Position numbers and translations under genes: made by a program
Notes under the pieces: generated by a model
Told to the model about the DNA's origin: nothing
The model's database searches: none
What the model saw: the letters and a program-made list of their open reading frames with translations, nothing else
In this document: piece after piece, positions 42,066-51,933 of the stretch
Layout of the letters: every line of letters starts with the position of its first letter
Numbering within the stretch: the stretch's first letter is position 1
Source of the DNA: an uncultured Acidobacteriota bacterium
GTDB lineage: Bacteria > Acidobacteriota > UBA6911
Direction of reading: 5' to 3'
Assembly: GCA_963827655.1 (NCBI GenBank)
Contig: CAWHCF010000013.1
Location: forward strand, 44,201 to 108,200
Length of the DNA: 64,000 nucleotides

Positions 42066-42407
42066 TCAGGCGCCTTGCAGTACGCGGTCTATCGCCACAC
42101 TGGTGCGGCGCCACGACTCCGTCGTGTCCTTCAGGCGCTTCCGGCCGCTTGCGGTGAGCCGGTAATACTTGGCTCGACGGTTGTTGGCTGAGACGTCCCA
42201 TTCCGCCGTCAGCAGTCCACGCAGCTCCAGCCGATGCAACGCCGGATACAACGCGCCCTCTTGCACGGAAAGCGCCTCGGCGGAAGCCACATGAATCCAT
42301 TCGGCGATCTCGTACCCGTGCTTCTGGCCGGTGGCGAGCGTTCTGAGAATCAGCAGCTCTAACGTGCCCTGCAACAGGTCGGCCGGCTTGCTCGGATCTG
42401 CTCCCAT
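42066..42407 (-). CDS. PadR-family transcriptional regulator (acidobacterial ADOP-associated type)
   Basis: LLQGTLELLILRTL, HGYEI, EGALYPALHRLE, NNRRAKYY.LT..G. Confidence 0.92.
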   Translation of the reverse strand: MGADPSKPADLLQGTLELLILRTLATGQKHGYEIAEWIHVASAEALSVQEGALYPALHRLELRGLLTAEWDVSANNRRAKYYRLTASGRKRLKDTTESWRRTSVAIDRVLQGA

Positions 42408-42430
42408 AACACCCTTAGGGCAGCAAGTAT

Positions 42431-42450
42431 CCCCTAAGATGCTTATGTGA
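42431..42450. promoter_or_regulatory. Possible PadR operator
   Basis: Short dyad TAAG-ATG-CTTA about 30 nt upstream of the padR start; autoregulation is inferred. Confidence 0.3.
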
Positions 42451-42606
42451 GTCAACTAGGATGTGACAGTATCTCGGGGACCCTGGCGAGTAGCGAGAAA
42501 ATCGACGTAGTGAACAGTGGGTCTTCGCAAACAAATACGGCAATCGAAAGACCCGACGATACCAGGTGCGGTCAGCTCAATGCACGCACCCTTGCCGAAA
42601 GCTCAC

Positions 42607-42800
42607 GCTTCGCCGAACCAGGGCGGTAGCAAGCTCTGAACCTTACACGGAAGTGCCGCACCTTTCGGCGCTCAGCAACTGCGCTTCTTGTTGTCCCGGC
42701 CTCACGAGACGTCTCGAACTCAGATTACCCTGGTAAGCGAAGCGCAGCCCTGGCGGTAGGGATTTATAGTCAATGCGCCCTGAAGGGGCGCCGGAGCAAT
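42607..42800. repeat. Family A REP-like copy 3 plus degenerate GCCCTGAAGGGGC-type palindrome
   Basis: gcttcgccgaaccagggcggtagcaagct (42607-42635) and gcgccctgaaggggcgc (~42775-42791). Confidence 0.6.
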
Positions 42801-43045
42801 GATAGCGCATCCGGCATGCCCTAGCCGGGCAACGTCTCTTATGCCCTGTCGTGACCGGAGGGCTTAGACAGCTCCGCTTGCCCCCGGATCTGAATGTCCT
42901 TTGCGACGCTCTCATGGGCGCGAGATTGACATAACCAATCAGGTCTGGCACCGACTTGCGTGTAAGGTTAACAGCAAGCTACCGCACTGCACGTGCGCCT
43001 TAGAGAAACAGTTCTTCAAATCCCTCGGCGTGGGCGTCAAACCAA

Positions 43046-44416
43046 TCAGCCAGTCTTTGCGTCTGTGGCGATACCGTCGGCGCTTGCCGGCACAATTCCT
43101 ATCTCCCTCAAGACTCCCGGATCTTCGAAAGCGCCGTGCAGGTAAGTCCCGATCACTCGCTCGCGGCGGAACCCTTCCGCCCGCCCGTCGCTCAATACCG
43201 CGAAAGGCGAGTCGTGGTCGGCGCGTGGCGTGGTCTCGCCGATGTGAATCTCGTAGGCGGAAAACAAATGTCCCTGCGGGGTATGGGCGTTTACCACGCG
43301 GGTGGTCTTTTCCTTGAGCAAGACTGTTCGTGTCGGAAGCAGGCCAAGGCCGGCGATCTCGACCCGGCCGGATTCCATTCCGTAGGGGTCGGCAATGACA
43401 TGCCCCAGCATTTGAAGGCCTCCACAGATTCCGATGATCGTCGCGCCGCCTCGGTGCTGGGTTTGAATCCAATCGGACAGCCCTCTCTCTTGCAGCCACA
43501 GCAGGTCCTCGATCGTGTTCTTGGTTCCGGGCAAGAATATAAAGTCGAAGGCTTCGTCAACGGGACGATCCAACCACCGTGCCCGAGGCATTAGGCGGAA
43601 ATCGGTCGTGTTCGAGATCCTGGGGAGGCGAACAATCGCGCACCGGCATCCGGCAGGCTGCTCCATTCGGGCGCTGTGGGACGGAACCGACAAGCTGTCT
43701 TCGTCATCCAGTCGAATGTCTTCGGCGAAGGGAAACACCCCCAGGCAGGGACAAGCGGTTTTTTCCTCGAGAATGCGACGTCCCTCATCGAACAAAGACC
43801 GATCGCCTCTGAATTTGTTCAGTGCGAAGGCGCGAAGCAGCGATCGCTCCGGTTGCGTGAGCAGATGGACCGTTCCAATGATAGACGCAAAGACGCCGCC
43901 GCGCTCGATATCGCTCACCAGCAACCAGGGAGCGGAGAGGCGGGTCACAAGCCCAAGATTCACAAGATCCCACGGGCGCAAGTTCAACTCCGTTACGCTG
44001 CCGGCTCCCTCGACCACGACGACTTCAAACCGGGCGGCGAGGTTTTCGTACGCCTCCATGACGTTGGCCAGCAGGAAGTCGTAGTGCTCGTAGTAGGCGC
44101 GCGCCGGAAGAGTCTGCCAGATCTTGCCATTCACGATGACCTGGCTCCCTCCGCCCGAGTTGGGCTTGAGCAGGATGGGATTCATGGATGGTTCCGGTTC
44201 CAGGCCGCAGGCCCACGCTTGCGCCGCTTGAGCCCGGCCGATTTCACCGCCGCCGCGGCAAGGGTAGGAATTGTTGGACATGTTCTGGGCTTTGAAGGGG
44301 GCCACGCGAACGCCGCGCCGGCGCAGCCAGGCGCAGATCGCCGTGGCCATCCAGCTTTTCCCTGAATGAGAAGAAGTGCCACCCACGAAAATCGGCTTGG
44401 CGCGGGGCCCGGTCAT
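43046..44416 (-). CDS. cobQ: Cobyric acid synthase
   Basis: GTSSHSGKS, PFKAQNMSNN, EIGRAQ, MNPILLKP, EGAGS, DIERGG, ISNTTDF, LPGTKNT, GICGG.QMLG, YEIH.G, GTYLHG. Confidence 0.95.
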   Translation of the reverse strand: MTGPRAKPIFVGGTSSHSGKSWMATAICAWLRRRGVRVAPFKAQNMSNNSYPCRGGGEIGRAQAAQAWACGLEPEPSMNPILLKPNSGGGSQVIVNGKIWQTLPARAYYEHYDFLLANVMEAYENLAARFEVVVVEGAGSVTELNLRPWDLVNLGLVTRLSAPWLLVSDIERGGVFASIIGTVHLLTQPERSLLRAFALNKFRGDRSLFDEGRRILEEKTACPCLGVFPFAEDIRLDDEDSLSVPSHSARMEQPAGCRCAIVRLPRISNTTDFRLMPRARWLDRPVDEAFDFIFLPGTKNTIEDLLWLQERGLSDWIQTQHRGGATIIGICGGLQMLGHVIADPYGMESGRVEIAGLGLLPTRTVLLKEKTTRVVNAHTPQGHLFSAYEIHIGETTPRADHDSPFAVLSDGRAEGFRRERVIGTYLHGAFEDPGVLREIGIVPASADGIATDAKTG

Positions 44417-44462
44417 CGTTGCAATGCTCCCTTGTTCCGATTGGGGCGCGAATTTCGAACGG

Positions 44463-45440
44463 CTAGAACCTCTTGCGGACCAGCCAGACCAGGTAAGGTC
44501 CGCCGATGATTGCCAGAACTGCGCCGGCGGGCAGTTCGGCCGGTACCAGGACCACGCGGCCGATGGTATCGCAACAGGCCAGCAGCACGCCGCCGAGCAG
44601 AAAAGAGCAGGGCATGAGGATGCGATTATCCGGGCTGATCCGCGAGCGCACCAGGTGGGGAACAATCAGTCCGACGAAGCCGATCGGCCCCGTCAATGCG
44701 ATAGCCCCGGCGGTCAAGACCGAACCGCAGAGATAGCCCGTGCTCATGACCCGCCGGACGTCGACACCACGGGCAGCGGCCCAGGACTCCCCCACCGCCA
44801 TCAGGTTCCAGTCCCGAGCGCGGAGAATAAGAATCGCCGAGGCGGCGACGACCGTGGCGGCAAAGACCAACAGCGCGCGGTAGCTAACCGAATCGACGCT
44901 CCCCAGCAACCATTGCGTGATCGAGAACGAACGGCGCTCGGGAACGACGCTGTAAATCAGCAATATGAATGCGGAACAGATGCTATTGAGCGAAACGCCG
45001 GAAAGAAGCAAGCGGACCCCGGACAGCTGGCCGCCCTTGAACGAAGCCCCGGCCACAATGGCAAGTACGGCCGCCGCGCCCGCCAGTGCTCCGGCCCAGG
45101 AAGCGGGAAAACCCAGAATCCGGTCCAGGTTGAGCGCCAGGGTGAGGACGGCCCCGAGCGCCGCCCCCGCGGAAACGCCGAGAGTGTACGGGGTGGCCAG
45201 CGACTCGCGGAGCATGGCCTGGAAAAGGCTTCCGGTCACGGAAAGCGCGCCCCCGGCGAGCAGACCGAGAAGCGTTCGTGAGAGCCGAAGCTCAATCAGG
45301 ATCGGATAGTCGGGGACCTGCCGGGCCAGGACGCGCTGGATGGTAATGGTGCCCGGTCCGACCCAGGGTAACAGGACGGCCGCCAGCAGGAAGGCTGCGC
45401 TGCATCCGACGATCCAGCCCGTCGCCTGAGGCACTCTCAT
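44463..45440 (-). CDS. Corrinoid ABC transporter permease (BtuC/FecCD family)
   Basis: LRLSR, LATPYTLGVSAGA, WLLGS, A.ARGV, GPIGFVGLIVPH, ELPAG, GGPY. Confidence 0.9.
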   Translation of the reverse strand: MRVPQATGWIVGCSAAFLLAAVLLPWVGPGTITIQRVLARQVPDYPILIELRLSRTLLGLLAGGALSVTGSLFQAMLRESLATPYTLGVSAGAALGAVLTLALNLDRILGFPASWAGALAGAAAVLAIVAGASFKGGQLSGVRLLLSGVSLNSICSAFILLIYSVVPERRSFSITQWLLGSVDSVSYRALLVFAATVVAASAILILRARDWNLMAVGESWAAARGVDVRRVMSTGYLCGSVLTAGAIALTGPIGFVGLIVPHLVRSRISPDNRILMPCSFLLGGVLLACCDTIGRVVLVPAELPAGAVLAIIGGPYLVWLVRKRF

Positions 45441-46204
45441 TGATATAACACCCACGGCCTTCCTTCCGGCGTCCGGGCCAGCTTGAGCCGGGGTGAAAGA
45501 TACTCGAGCCACGCCGGTTCGCGGGCCGCCTGTTCCACGGGAACGTCTGCCGCGATGCGGCCGTCGTGCAGCACCAATAAACGCGTGCAGTGGGCAAGCG
45601 CCAGATTCAGGTCATGAGTGACGGCGATGCAAAGAGCGCCGTCCCGTGCGACGGTTGCCAGCGTCGAGAAGCACTGCAGCTGTTGATCGACGTCCAGGTA
45701 GGTGGATGGCTCATCGAATAGCAGAATTCTGGGGCCTTGCGCCAGGCAGGCAGCCAGGAGAACCCGTTGCTTTTCTCCGCCGCTCAGAGACGAGTAGAGT
45801 CGGTGTTTGAACGCGAGGCATCCCATCTTCAGCATGGCGTCGTCCGCATGCGACCTGTCGTCGTCCGACTCGAACCATCGATCCGCGTGCGGGTATCGGC
45901 CCATCAGGACAACCTGCTCCACGGTGAAGGGAAGCTCATTCCTGACTCCCTGCGGCAGATGGCTGATCCAATGGGATCGGTCGCGCGCGGACAATTCCGA
46001 CAAATGCCGCCCGTCCAGCTTCACCGATCCTGAACCGGGGATGCGAAGACCCGCGATGATATCGAGGAGCGTGCTCTTTCCGGCTCCGTTCAGCCCGAGC
46101 AGCACCAGGAATTCTCCGGGCGCGGCCGCGAGTTGCACGGATTTCAGGATGACCCGCGAGGCGTAGCGGAACCCGACGTCCCTGACCTCCATCAAGGCGG
46201 TCAT
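45437..46204 (-). CDS. Corrinoid ABC transporter ATP-binding protein (BtuD/FecE family)
   Basis: GLNGAGKST, MGRYPH, LSGGEKQR, DEP, HDLNLA. Confidence 0.92.
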   Translation of the reverse strand: MTALMEVRDVGFRYASRVILKSVQLAAAPGEFLVLLGLNGAGKSTLLDIIAGLRIPGSGSVKLDGRHLSELSARDRSHWISHLPQGVRNELPFTVEQVVLMGRYPHADRWFESDDDRSHADDAMLKMGCLAFKHRLYSSLSGGEKQRVLLAACLAQGPRILLFDEPSTYLDVDQQLQCFSTLATVARDGALCIAVTHDLNLALAHCTRLLVLHDGRIAADVPVEQAAREPAWLEYLSPRLKLARTPEGRPWVLYQ

Positions 46205-47061
46205 CGCCCGCCACTCTCCCGAATAGGCTTCCTCATCAACTCCACTGCGTCAACTACGCGAGGGCCGGGCACCACCAGCGCCTCGGACGTAATGGCAACC
46301 ACTCGACCGTTACGCACGGCGCTCAGCTCCTTATGCTGCAGCCATGGTTCCCTCATGCGCTCCTGCATCATCTGCGCGTCTTGCTTGAGGTCGCCCATTC
46401 CCGAGGCGTCGAGGATCAGATCCGGATCGAGCCGGACCACGGTCTCGAGCGAGATGCGCGGGTAGGGAATCAGATTCGAGTCAGCCAGGATGTTGCGGCC
46501 TCCGGCAATTTCCAGAAGCTCTCCCAGATAGGCCGTGGGTCCGGCGCCAATCATGTTTGTCAGCCGGCCCGGGTCTTTGCCGACCAGGAGCAGCACTGAA
46601 GGCTTTCGAGCGCCTTGCGCCTCGCCCTGGATGGCATCCAGCCGGGAGCGGATGTTCTGAACCAGTCGCTCCGCCTGAACCGTCGCGCCCGCCGCCCGCC
46701 CGATCTCCCGAATGCCGACGTACACCTCGGAGAGAGAGGTTTGATTTACCTCGACGAATCGAATACCCAGCGCTGTCAGTCGGCCGGAAAGCGTGGCGGA
46801 CCCGGAATGAATGATGGCCAGATCCGGCCGTAGCAGAGCGATCTTTTCCGGATCGGGCCTGGCATAGGTTCCGACTTTCGGCAGGCGCGAAACTTCCGGC
46901 GGGTAGCGGCAATAGGTCGACACGCCAACGACGTGGTTCCCCACTCCAAGGGCGAACAGGGTTTCGGTAATGCTGGGAGAAGTCGAAACGATCCGCATCG
47001 GCTGCCCGAAAGCCGCCAGTGTCACAAGCACCCAGCCGATGAAGAGAAGTTTCTTTTTCAT
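46201..47061 (-). CDS. Corrinoid ABC transporter substrate-binding protein (BtuF-like)
   Basis: RIVSTSPSITETLFALG, VGVSTYC.YP, EKI..LRPDL, AGG.N, PGPR. Confidence 0.88.
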   Translation of the reverse strand: MKKKLLFIGWVLVTLAAFGQPMRIVSTSPSITETLFALGVGNHVVGVSTYCRYPPEVSRLPKVGTYARPDPEKIALLRPDLAIIHSGSATLSGRLTALGIRFVEVNQTSLSEVYVGIREIGRAAGATVQAERLVQNIRSRLDAIQGEAQGARKPSVLLLVGKDPGRLTNMIGAGPTAYLGELLEIAGGRNILADSNLIPYPRISLETVVRLDPDLILDASGMGDLKQDAQMMQERMREPWLQHKELSAVRNGRVVAITSEALVVPGPRVVDAVELMRKPIRESGGR

Positions 47062-47185
47062 CGCCTCTGAAGACCGTATCCGATTGCGAATGCGGCCTGC
47101 GGATTCAGGCATCCGTGTATTCGCCGCCATTGGTATGCTGGCCGTAAGAACTGTGAAAAAATAGGTCTGTGGCACGGCTCAATCA

Positions 47186-47385
47186 GAGACCGTCGCAAAA
47201 CATTCGAGACCTGTGCGGACGGGCTATCAAGCCCGTCCGGTCCCCAGTCGCGCAATGAACTTCTAATGGTAAGTCTCTCCGATCAAGTTGCTTGCGACGG
47301 GTCAATGACCCGTCGCCACACAGCTCTTGGAAAATATCTAAGCCATGGACCCGTGCCACGCCCCCATTTTCCTCACACGCTGTGA
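47186..47385. repeat. Cluster of REP-like hairpins inside the corrinoid locus
   Basis: CGGACGGGCT/AGCCCGTCCG (47216-47239), GCGACGGGTCA/TGACCCGTCGC (47294-47316), imperfect ACAGC..GGAAAAT/ATTTTCC..GCTGT (~47320-47383). Confidence 0.75.
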
Positions 47386-47532
47386 GACCCCGGATTCTCG
47401 AACAACAGCAAAACAGCCGACCACGAGCACGTGATCGTGGACGTGGCCGGGTTTTTCCTCGCGTGAAGCAAGGTTCGCCAAATCGGCGAAAGACCGAACC
47501 GGCGAGCGCCGTCGTCGCAAGAAACAACCGGC

Positions 47533-48319
47533 TCACGCCTTGTCGCTCCGAGGATGAAAAACGTAGACCGGCTCGCCGCCGGCGGTAGAAAGGGTCTCGG
47601 CGCGCACGCCGAACACGCGCTCCAGCGTTTCGGGCAGAAGCACCCGGTCGCGCTCGCCGCAGTGTGCAATGTGACCGGATTCGATCAGCGCAACGCGGGA
47701 CGCGTAACGGGCCACAGCGTTCAGGTCGTGGGTTGCAAGAGCGACGGACCTGCCTGCGCTCACCAGCTTGCGGCAGAGATCCAGAATGCCCATAGCGTGC
47801 TCGACATCCAGACTGGCCGTGGGCTCGTCGAGCAACACGAAGTCAGGCTCGACCGCCAGACTGCGAGCGATCAGCACCCGCTGGCGCTCGCCGCCGGAAA
47901 GCGTGTTGACGAAGCGGTGGCGCAAGGCGCTGATGTCGCAACACTCCAGAGCCGTCTCGATGGCCGCGCGATCGGCCCGGCCTTCACGCTGGAATCTGCC
48001 TCGGTGCGGGTATCGGCCCATGGCAACCACCTCTTCGACGGTGAAAGCAAAGTCGAGGCGTCCGTCTTGCGGAAGGAAGGCGATGCGCCGCGCGATCTCC
48101 CGCCTTGACAGGCTGCCGATCGGCCGCCGGTCGAGCAGAATAGAACCTGCAGAAATCGGCCATATCCCCGCGAGCGCGCGCAGCAATGTGCTCTTGCCGC
48201 TGCCATTCGGGCCGACGATTGCCAGCAATTCTCCGGGCCCGATCCGCAGGTCGATCCTGTTCGAGAATGGAGCGTTCGCCGCGCTTGACGGCGACCAGGC
48301 TGGCCTCGAGCAGGTTCAT
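47533..48319 (-). CDS. Second ABC transporter ATP-binding protein (BtuD/FecE family), frameshift near 48260
   Basis: MNLLEA.. start overlaps the permease stop; GPNGSGKST, LSGGERQR, DEPT, HDLN. Confidence 0.88.
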
Positions 48320-49368
48320 AGGCCGCTGGCCTCGCGCTGGCGTCTCATCAGGAGCGCGATGAAGACGGGACCTCCGCAAAGCGCGGTAACAACACCCAGG
48401 CGAATCTCGACCGGCGGATGGATGGTACGGGCGGCGAGGTCGCAGAGGACCAGGAAGGCCGCGCCCGCAAGCGCGCCCGCCGGAAGCAATGCTCGATTCG
48501 ACGGCCCCACGAGAAGACGCACGCCGTGGGGCACGACCAACCCGACGAATCCGACCAGGCCGGCGACCGCCACACACGCGCCGGTGAGCATGGCCGCCGT
48601 AAGAGTAATGAATCGTTTGGACGCTTCGACGTCCACTCCGAAGGAAGCGGCGGTCTCTTCGCCCTGTTGCATCAGGTCCAGGTCACGGGCCTGCAGCATC
48701 GCGGCCGAGAGACCGAGCACGACAAATGGAGCGCACAGCCAGAAGTGCGTCCACGAGCGTGCGTCCAGTCCCCCCATCATCCAGAAAACGATTTCCTGAG
48801 CAATCTGCCAGTTAACGATATTGAGCGACAGGAGCAGGCTGGATACCGCCGTGAGCAAAGAGCCGGCAGCAATCCCGGCCAGCAGCAGCGTTCCTACCGC
48901 CGTAACGCCTCCGCGGGTCGCCATGCCGTACACGAGAACCAGATGCGACCAACGCCCCCACCATGGCTGCGAGCGGCAGCGACACGACACGATCCGTGCG
49001 CTCCAGCCGGTCACGAAGGAGATGACGGCTCCCAGCACCGCGCCGGAGCCGGCGCCGACCAGGCCGGGCTCCGCCAGCGGATTGCGGAACAGAGCCTGCA
49101 TGACGGTTCCGCCGGTCGCCAGCCCCATTCCCACGAAGGCTGCCACCAGCACACGCGGGACTCGAATCTGCCATACCACCACGATATCGGCTGGCGTGAC
49201 GCCGTGCGGGTCGATCCACCCGGTGGGCAGGAGGTTCAGCCCGCCCACCTGCAGAATGGTGCGCCATGAAATCGGCGTGCTGCCGATTGCGATCGCGGTG
49301 AGAAGGCTCAGGAACAGGAGTGGCAGAAGCGCAGCGTAGAAGACCCCCAGGCGTACGTGCCTATCCAT
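48316..49368 (-). CDS. Second ABC transporter permease (BtuC/FecCD family)
   Basis: IRVPR, FRNPLAEPG, WMMGG, GEETAASFGV, VGFVGLVVPH, GGPVF; short compensated frameshift at ~48945-48990. Confidence 0.9.
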   Translation of the reverse strand: MDRHVRLGVFYAALLPLLFLSLLTAIAIGSTPISWRTILQVGGLNLLPTGWIDPHGVTPADIVVVWQIRVPRVLVAAFVGMGLATGGTVMQALFRNPLAEPGLVGAGSGAVLGAVISFVTGWSARIVSCRCRSQPWWGRWSHLVLVYGMATRGGVTAVGTLLLAGIAAGSLLTAVSSLLLSLNIVNWQIAQEIVFWMMGGLDARSWTHFWLCAPFVVLGLSAAMLQARDLDLMQQGEETAASFGVDVEASKRFITLTAAMLTGACVAVAGLVGFVGLVVPHGVRLLVGPSNRALLPAGALAGAAFLVLCDLAARTIHPPVEIRLGVVTALCGGPVFIALLMRRQREASGL

Positions 49369-50353
49369 AGAGAGCCTCCGCCAGCGCGGCGACCAGGCGG
49401 GTCGTGAATGGCGACAGGGGAAGCAGGACGCGGTTTTCGAAGACGAGAATGTGACCTTCGCGCGCGGCCTGAGTGAGCGCGATTGCCGGATCTGCGAGCA
49501 GCCGGGCCCGGACTTCTTGTTCGCGGCCCGGGTCGGCTCCCGATACGATCCACTCCGGATTCCACCGGACGATCTGTTCGCTATTGACGGCGTGGGAGCC
49601 TGTGAGCCCGCCTTCCGCGGCCACATTGATGGCGCCCAGTGTGCGAACGATCTCGTCGAAGACCGTCTGGCTGCCCCAGCCGTAATGTCCGGAGATCCCC
49701 AGGATACGCGGCCGAGGCGCGTTCGGCGGCCGCCTGGCTTTCGCGGCCTCGATGGCGGCCCAGAAGCGTTTTACTTCCGCATCTGCAGTGAGGTCCTCTC
49801 CTGTCAGGTACCCGGTCAGACGAATCGTCTCCGCCAGTTCTTCGAGTGTCGTGAACATCGTGAATGCGCGGTAGATTGGCATCCCGGCCGAACGCACGAT
49901 CGCACAGTAATCCGCGCGGGAACTGTTGGATACGATCAGCAGATCCGGACTGAGCCGGAGGACTCGTTCCAGATCCGTGGCAATCGCGGGCCGGAACCGT
50001 TGAACGTGGTGATAAACGTTGCTGATGCTGGGAAGATAGGCGGTTTCGCTTACCGCGATCACGTGCTCCGGCGGGGCGACGCTGTAGACGTAATCGTCAA
50101 TCGACCAGTATTGCGAGACTATGCGTCGCGCGGGTCCGGGAACGCTGACGGTGAAGGCGTCACTGTCGATGGCCTCGCGCGGATACTCCTGGCCGCCGGT
50201 TCGAATAGCGGGGCTGCCGGGCCAATCGCTCTGCCAGGCCGCCCGGATTCCCCCGACGGGCGAGGCGAAGTGCTGCACGGCGCCGGCAACGATTCCCGTC
50301 AACGCCATTAATACCAAAGACGGCCATACACCAGCGAGACTGCGGGAGTGCAT
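49361..50353 (-). CDS. Second ABC substrate-binding protein (helical-backbone family) with N-terminal anchor
   Basis: RRIVS, ERVLRLSPDLLI, GAINVA, EQIVRWNPEWIV, A.REG.I. Confidence 0.82.
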   Translation of the reverse strand: MHSRSLAGVWPSLVLMALTGIVAGAVQHFASPVGGIRAAWQSDWPGSPAIRTGGQEYPREAIDSDAFTVSVPGPARRIVSQYWSIDDYVYSVAPPEHVIAVSETAYLPSISNVYHHVQRFRPAIATDLERVLRLSPDLLIVSNSSRADYCAIVRSAGMPIYRAFTMFTTLEELAETIRLTGYLTGEDLTADAEVKRFWAAIEAAKARRPPNAPRPRILGISGHYGWGSQTVFDEIVRTLGAINVAAEGGLTGSHAVNSEQIVRWNPEWIVSGADPGREQEVRARLLADPAIALTQAAREGHILVFENRVLLPLSPFTTRLVAALAEALYG

Positions 50354-50370
50354 CTCGTCGATCCTTGCTG

Positions 50371-50451
50371 TTTCTTCGTGCCTTGGTGTCTTTGTGGTTA
50401 ACGGTGCGAAACAAATACCACCAGGACACAAAGACACGAAGAAACACTAAG
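50371..50451. repeat. Nonamer-based palindromic element, family B
   Basis: TTCTTCGTGCCTTGGTGTCTTTGTGGT...GCGAAACAAAT-ACCACCAGGACACAAAGACACGAAGAA. Confidence 0.85.
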
Positions 50452-51032
50452 AAGCAGGAAGCGGAAGGTTGGCCGCTGGTCTCAAAGTCTGCGGGCACCG
50501 GTTCGCCCAGAAACTTCTCGCGAAGGCGATAGTAAAGATCCAGACGGCTCCAGTCCGCGTTCTTCAGCGGCTTCATGTCATCGGTCAGCGCCGGATTGGG
50601 CAGAAATACCGTTGTCATCTGTTCGCCATATCCGTTCCACAGACGCAGTCCCCAGCTTCGTCCTCCGCCACACCCGGAACCGCGCCGCTCGAAGAACGCG
50701 ATCTTTGCCACCGGCCGCATCCTTCGAAGCTCTTCCGAGGCGCTTCCTTTATGCTGGGAAATGCACAGGTGAAAGTGCCACGACCCGAGATCGACGGTCA
50801 GGTAGCCATCCGAGATTCTCACCTCCGGAGCTTCCTTGAAACAAACCTCGAAAACTGCGCCCTCGAGACAGGGGCCGACCACGATGCGCCGCCAGTTGTG
50901 AACGAACAGTTCCTCGACCAGATCCAGCATGGTGGGTTCGGACGGCGCAAAGTAGCTATAGGCCGTCAACGAATCGTCCGGGTGCCGGACAATCTCATCG
51001 AAACGTGGAGAAGGTGGGGCTATCGGCGGCAT
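50447..51032 (-). CDS. Uncharacterised protein in the B12-riboswitch operon (possible HutX/ChuX-like fold)
   Basis: GPCLEGAVFE, DGYLT, WHFHLCI, SWGLRLWN..GEQ..TVFLPNP. The 3' end is placed assuming one indel near 50480; the fold is a guess. Confidence 0.6.
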
Positions 51033-51048
51033 TTGGAGCTCCCCTGGG

Positions 51049-51627
51049 TTACCACGCTCTCGACCATCGTGGACCTTCCTTGTCATTCAGCTGGCGGAGT
51101 GAGCTGCTGACACCGGCCGCGACCTCCAGTTTCCTTCCAAAGAGCCAGAGCAGGTCGGACAGACGGTTCAGGTAAGCCAGGATGCTGGGTTCGACGGTTT
51201 CGCCCGCTTCCACCAGTCGAACGACACAGCGTTCCGCGCGGCGGCAGATCGCGCGCGCCAGGTCATAGGCTGCGCCTGCCTTATGCCCGCCCGGCACGGA
51301 CCAATCCGAAAGAAGGCCTTCCATGGCTTCGATTTCGTGCACCTGGCGGGTCAAGGCGTCGACCATCTCGAGCGTAACCGGCGCTTGACCTTTGCGGCTT
51401 TCAGGCGGCGTCGCCAGGGCGGATCCGACCCGGAAGAGTTCACGCTGAATCAGTTCGGTCCGCTCGCGAAGGTCCGGATCCTCGCACATCGAACGCGCCA
51501 GGCCGAGCGCCGAGTTCAACTCGTCCACCGAGCCGTAGGCCTCGACCCTTGCGGAAGACTTCGAAACCCGGATTCCCCCGGCAAGACTCGTCTGGCCGCC
51601 GTCACCACGTGTAGTGGCAATGCTCAT
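51049..51627 (-). CDS. pduO: ATP:corrinoid adenosyltransferase, PduO type
   Basis: T.RGD.GQTSL, RVEAYGSVDELNS, IQRELF, RAICRRAER, YLNRLSD.L. Confidence 0.92.
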   Translation of the reverse strand: MSIATTRGDGGQTSLAGGIRVSKSSARVEAYGSVDELNSALGLARSMCEDPDLRERTELIQRELFRVGSALATPPESRKGQAPVTLEMVDALTRQVHEIEAMEGLLSDWSVPGGHKAGAAYDLARAICRRAERCVVRLVEAGETVEPSILAYLNRLSDLLWLFGRKLEVAAGVSSSLRQLNDKEGPRWSRAW

Positions 51628-51742
51628 GGTACTGCCCTCCTTGAATCGGCGACAGACTTTCAACGAACTCGGGTTGGGGCGGAAGGCTGGAGAGAGCGAT
51701 CGCGTTCTTTCCGTTCTCCGCAGAAAGTCAGCCGTCGTTGGA

Positions 51743-51926
51743 TCTCAGGTAGGTCTCCTGGCTTGGAGGGGGCAGCATTTTCGCTGTCTTACCGCTTCGC
51801 CTTCCCCGACATCTTTGGAAAGTCGAGTGGCTGGTAGTGAAACGGCGAACCCTCACTCACAGTGGCGGGACCGCGCCGGTTTTTCACCGGACTTCCCTGT
51901 TATGCCCTCGAAATCGGCACCTGAGA
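51743..51926 (-). ncRNA. Cobalamin riboswitch
   Basis: P1 UCUCAGGU/ACCUGAGA; ACAGGGAAGUCCGGUGAAAAACCGGCGCGGUCCCGCCACUGUG; GCCACU..GGGAAGGC; B12 box AGCCAGGAGACCUACC. Confidence 0.95.
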
Positions 51927-51933
51927 GAGATTT

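Noticed and set aside
42447-43045. Small ORFs between padR and cobQ
   Set aside because: Degenerate REP-like sequence with no coding signal.
47062-47532. Second cobalamin riboswitch before the btuF-like gene
   Set aside because: No GGGAA / GCCACUG / AGxCAGxAxAC motifs found on the minus strand; only REP-like hairpins.
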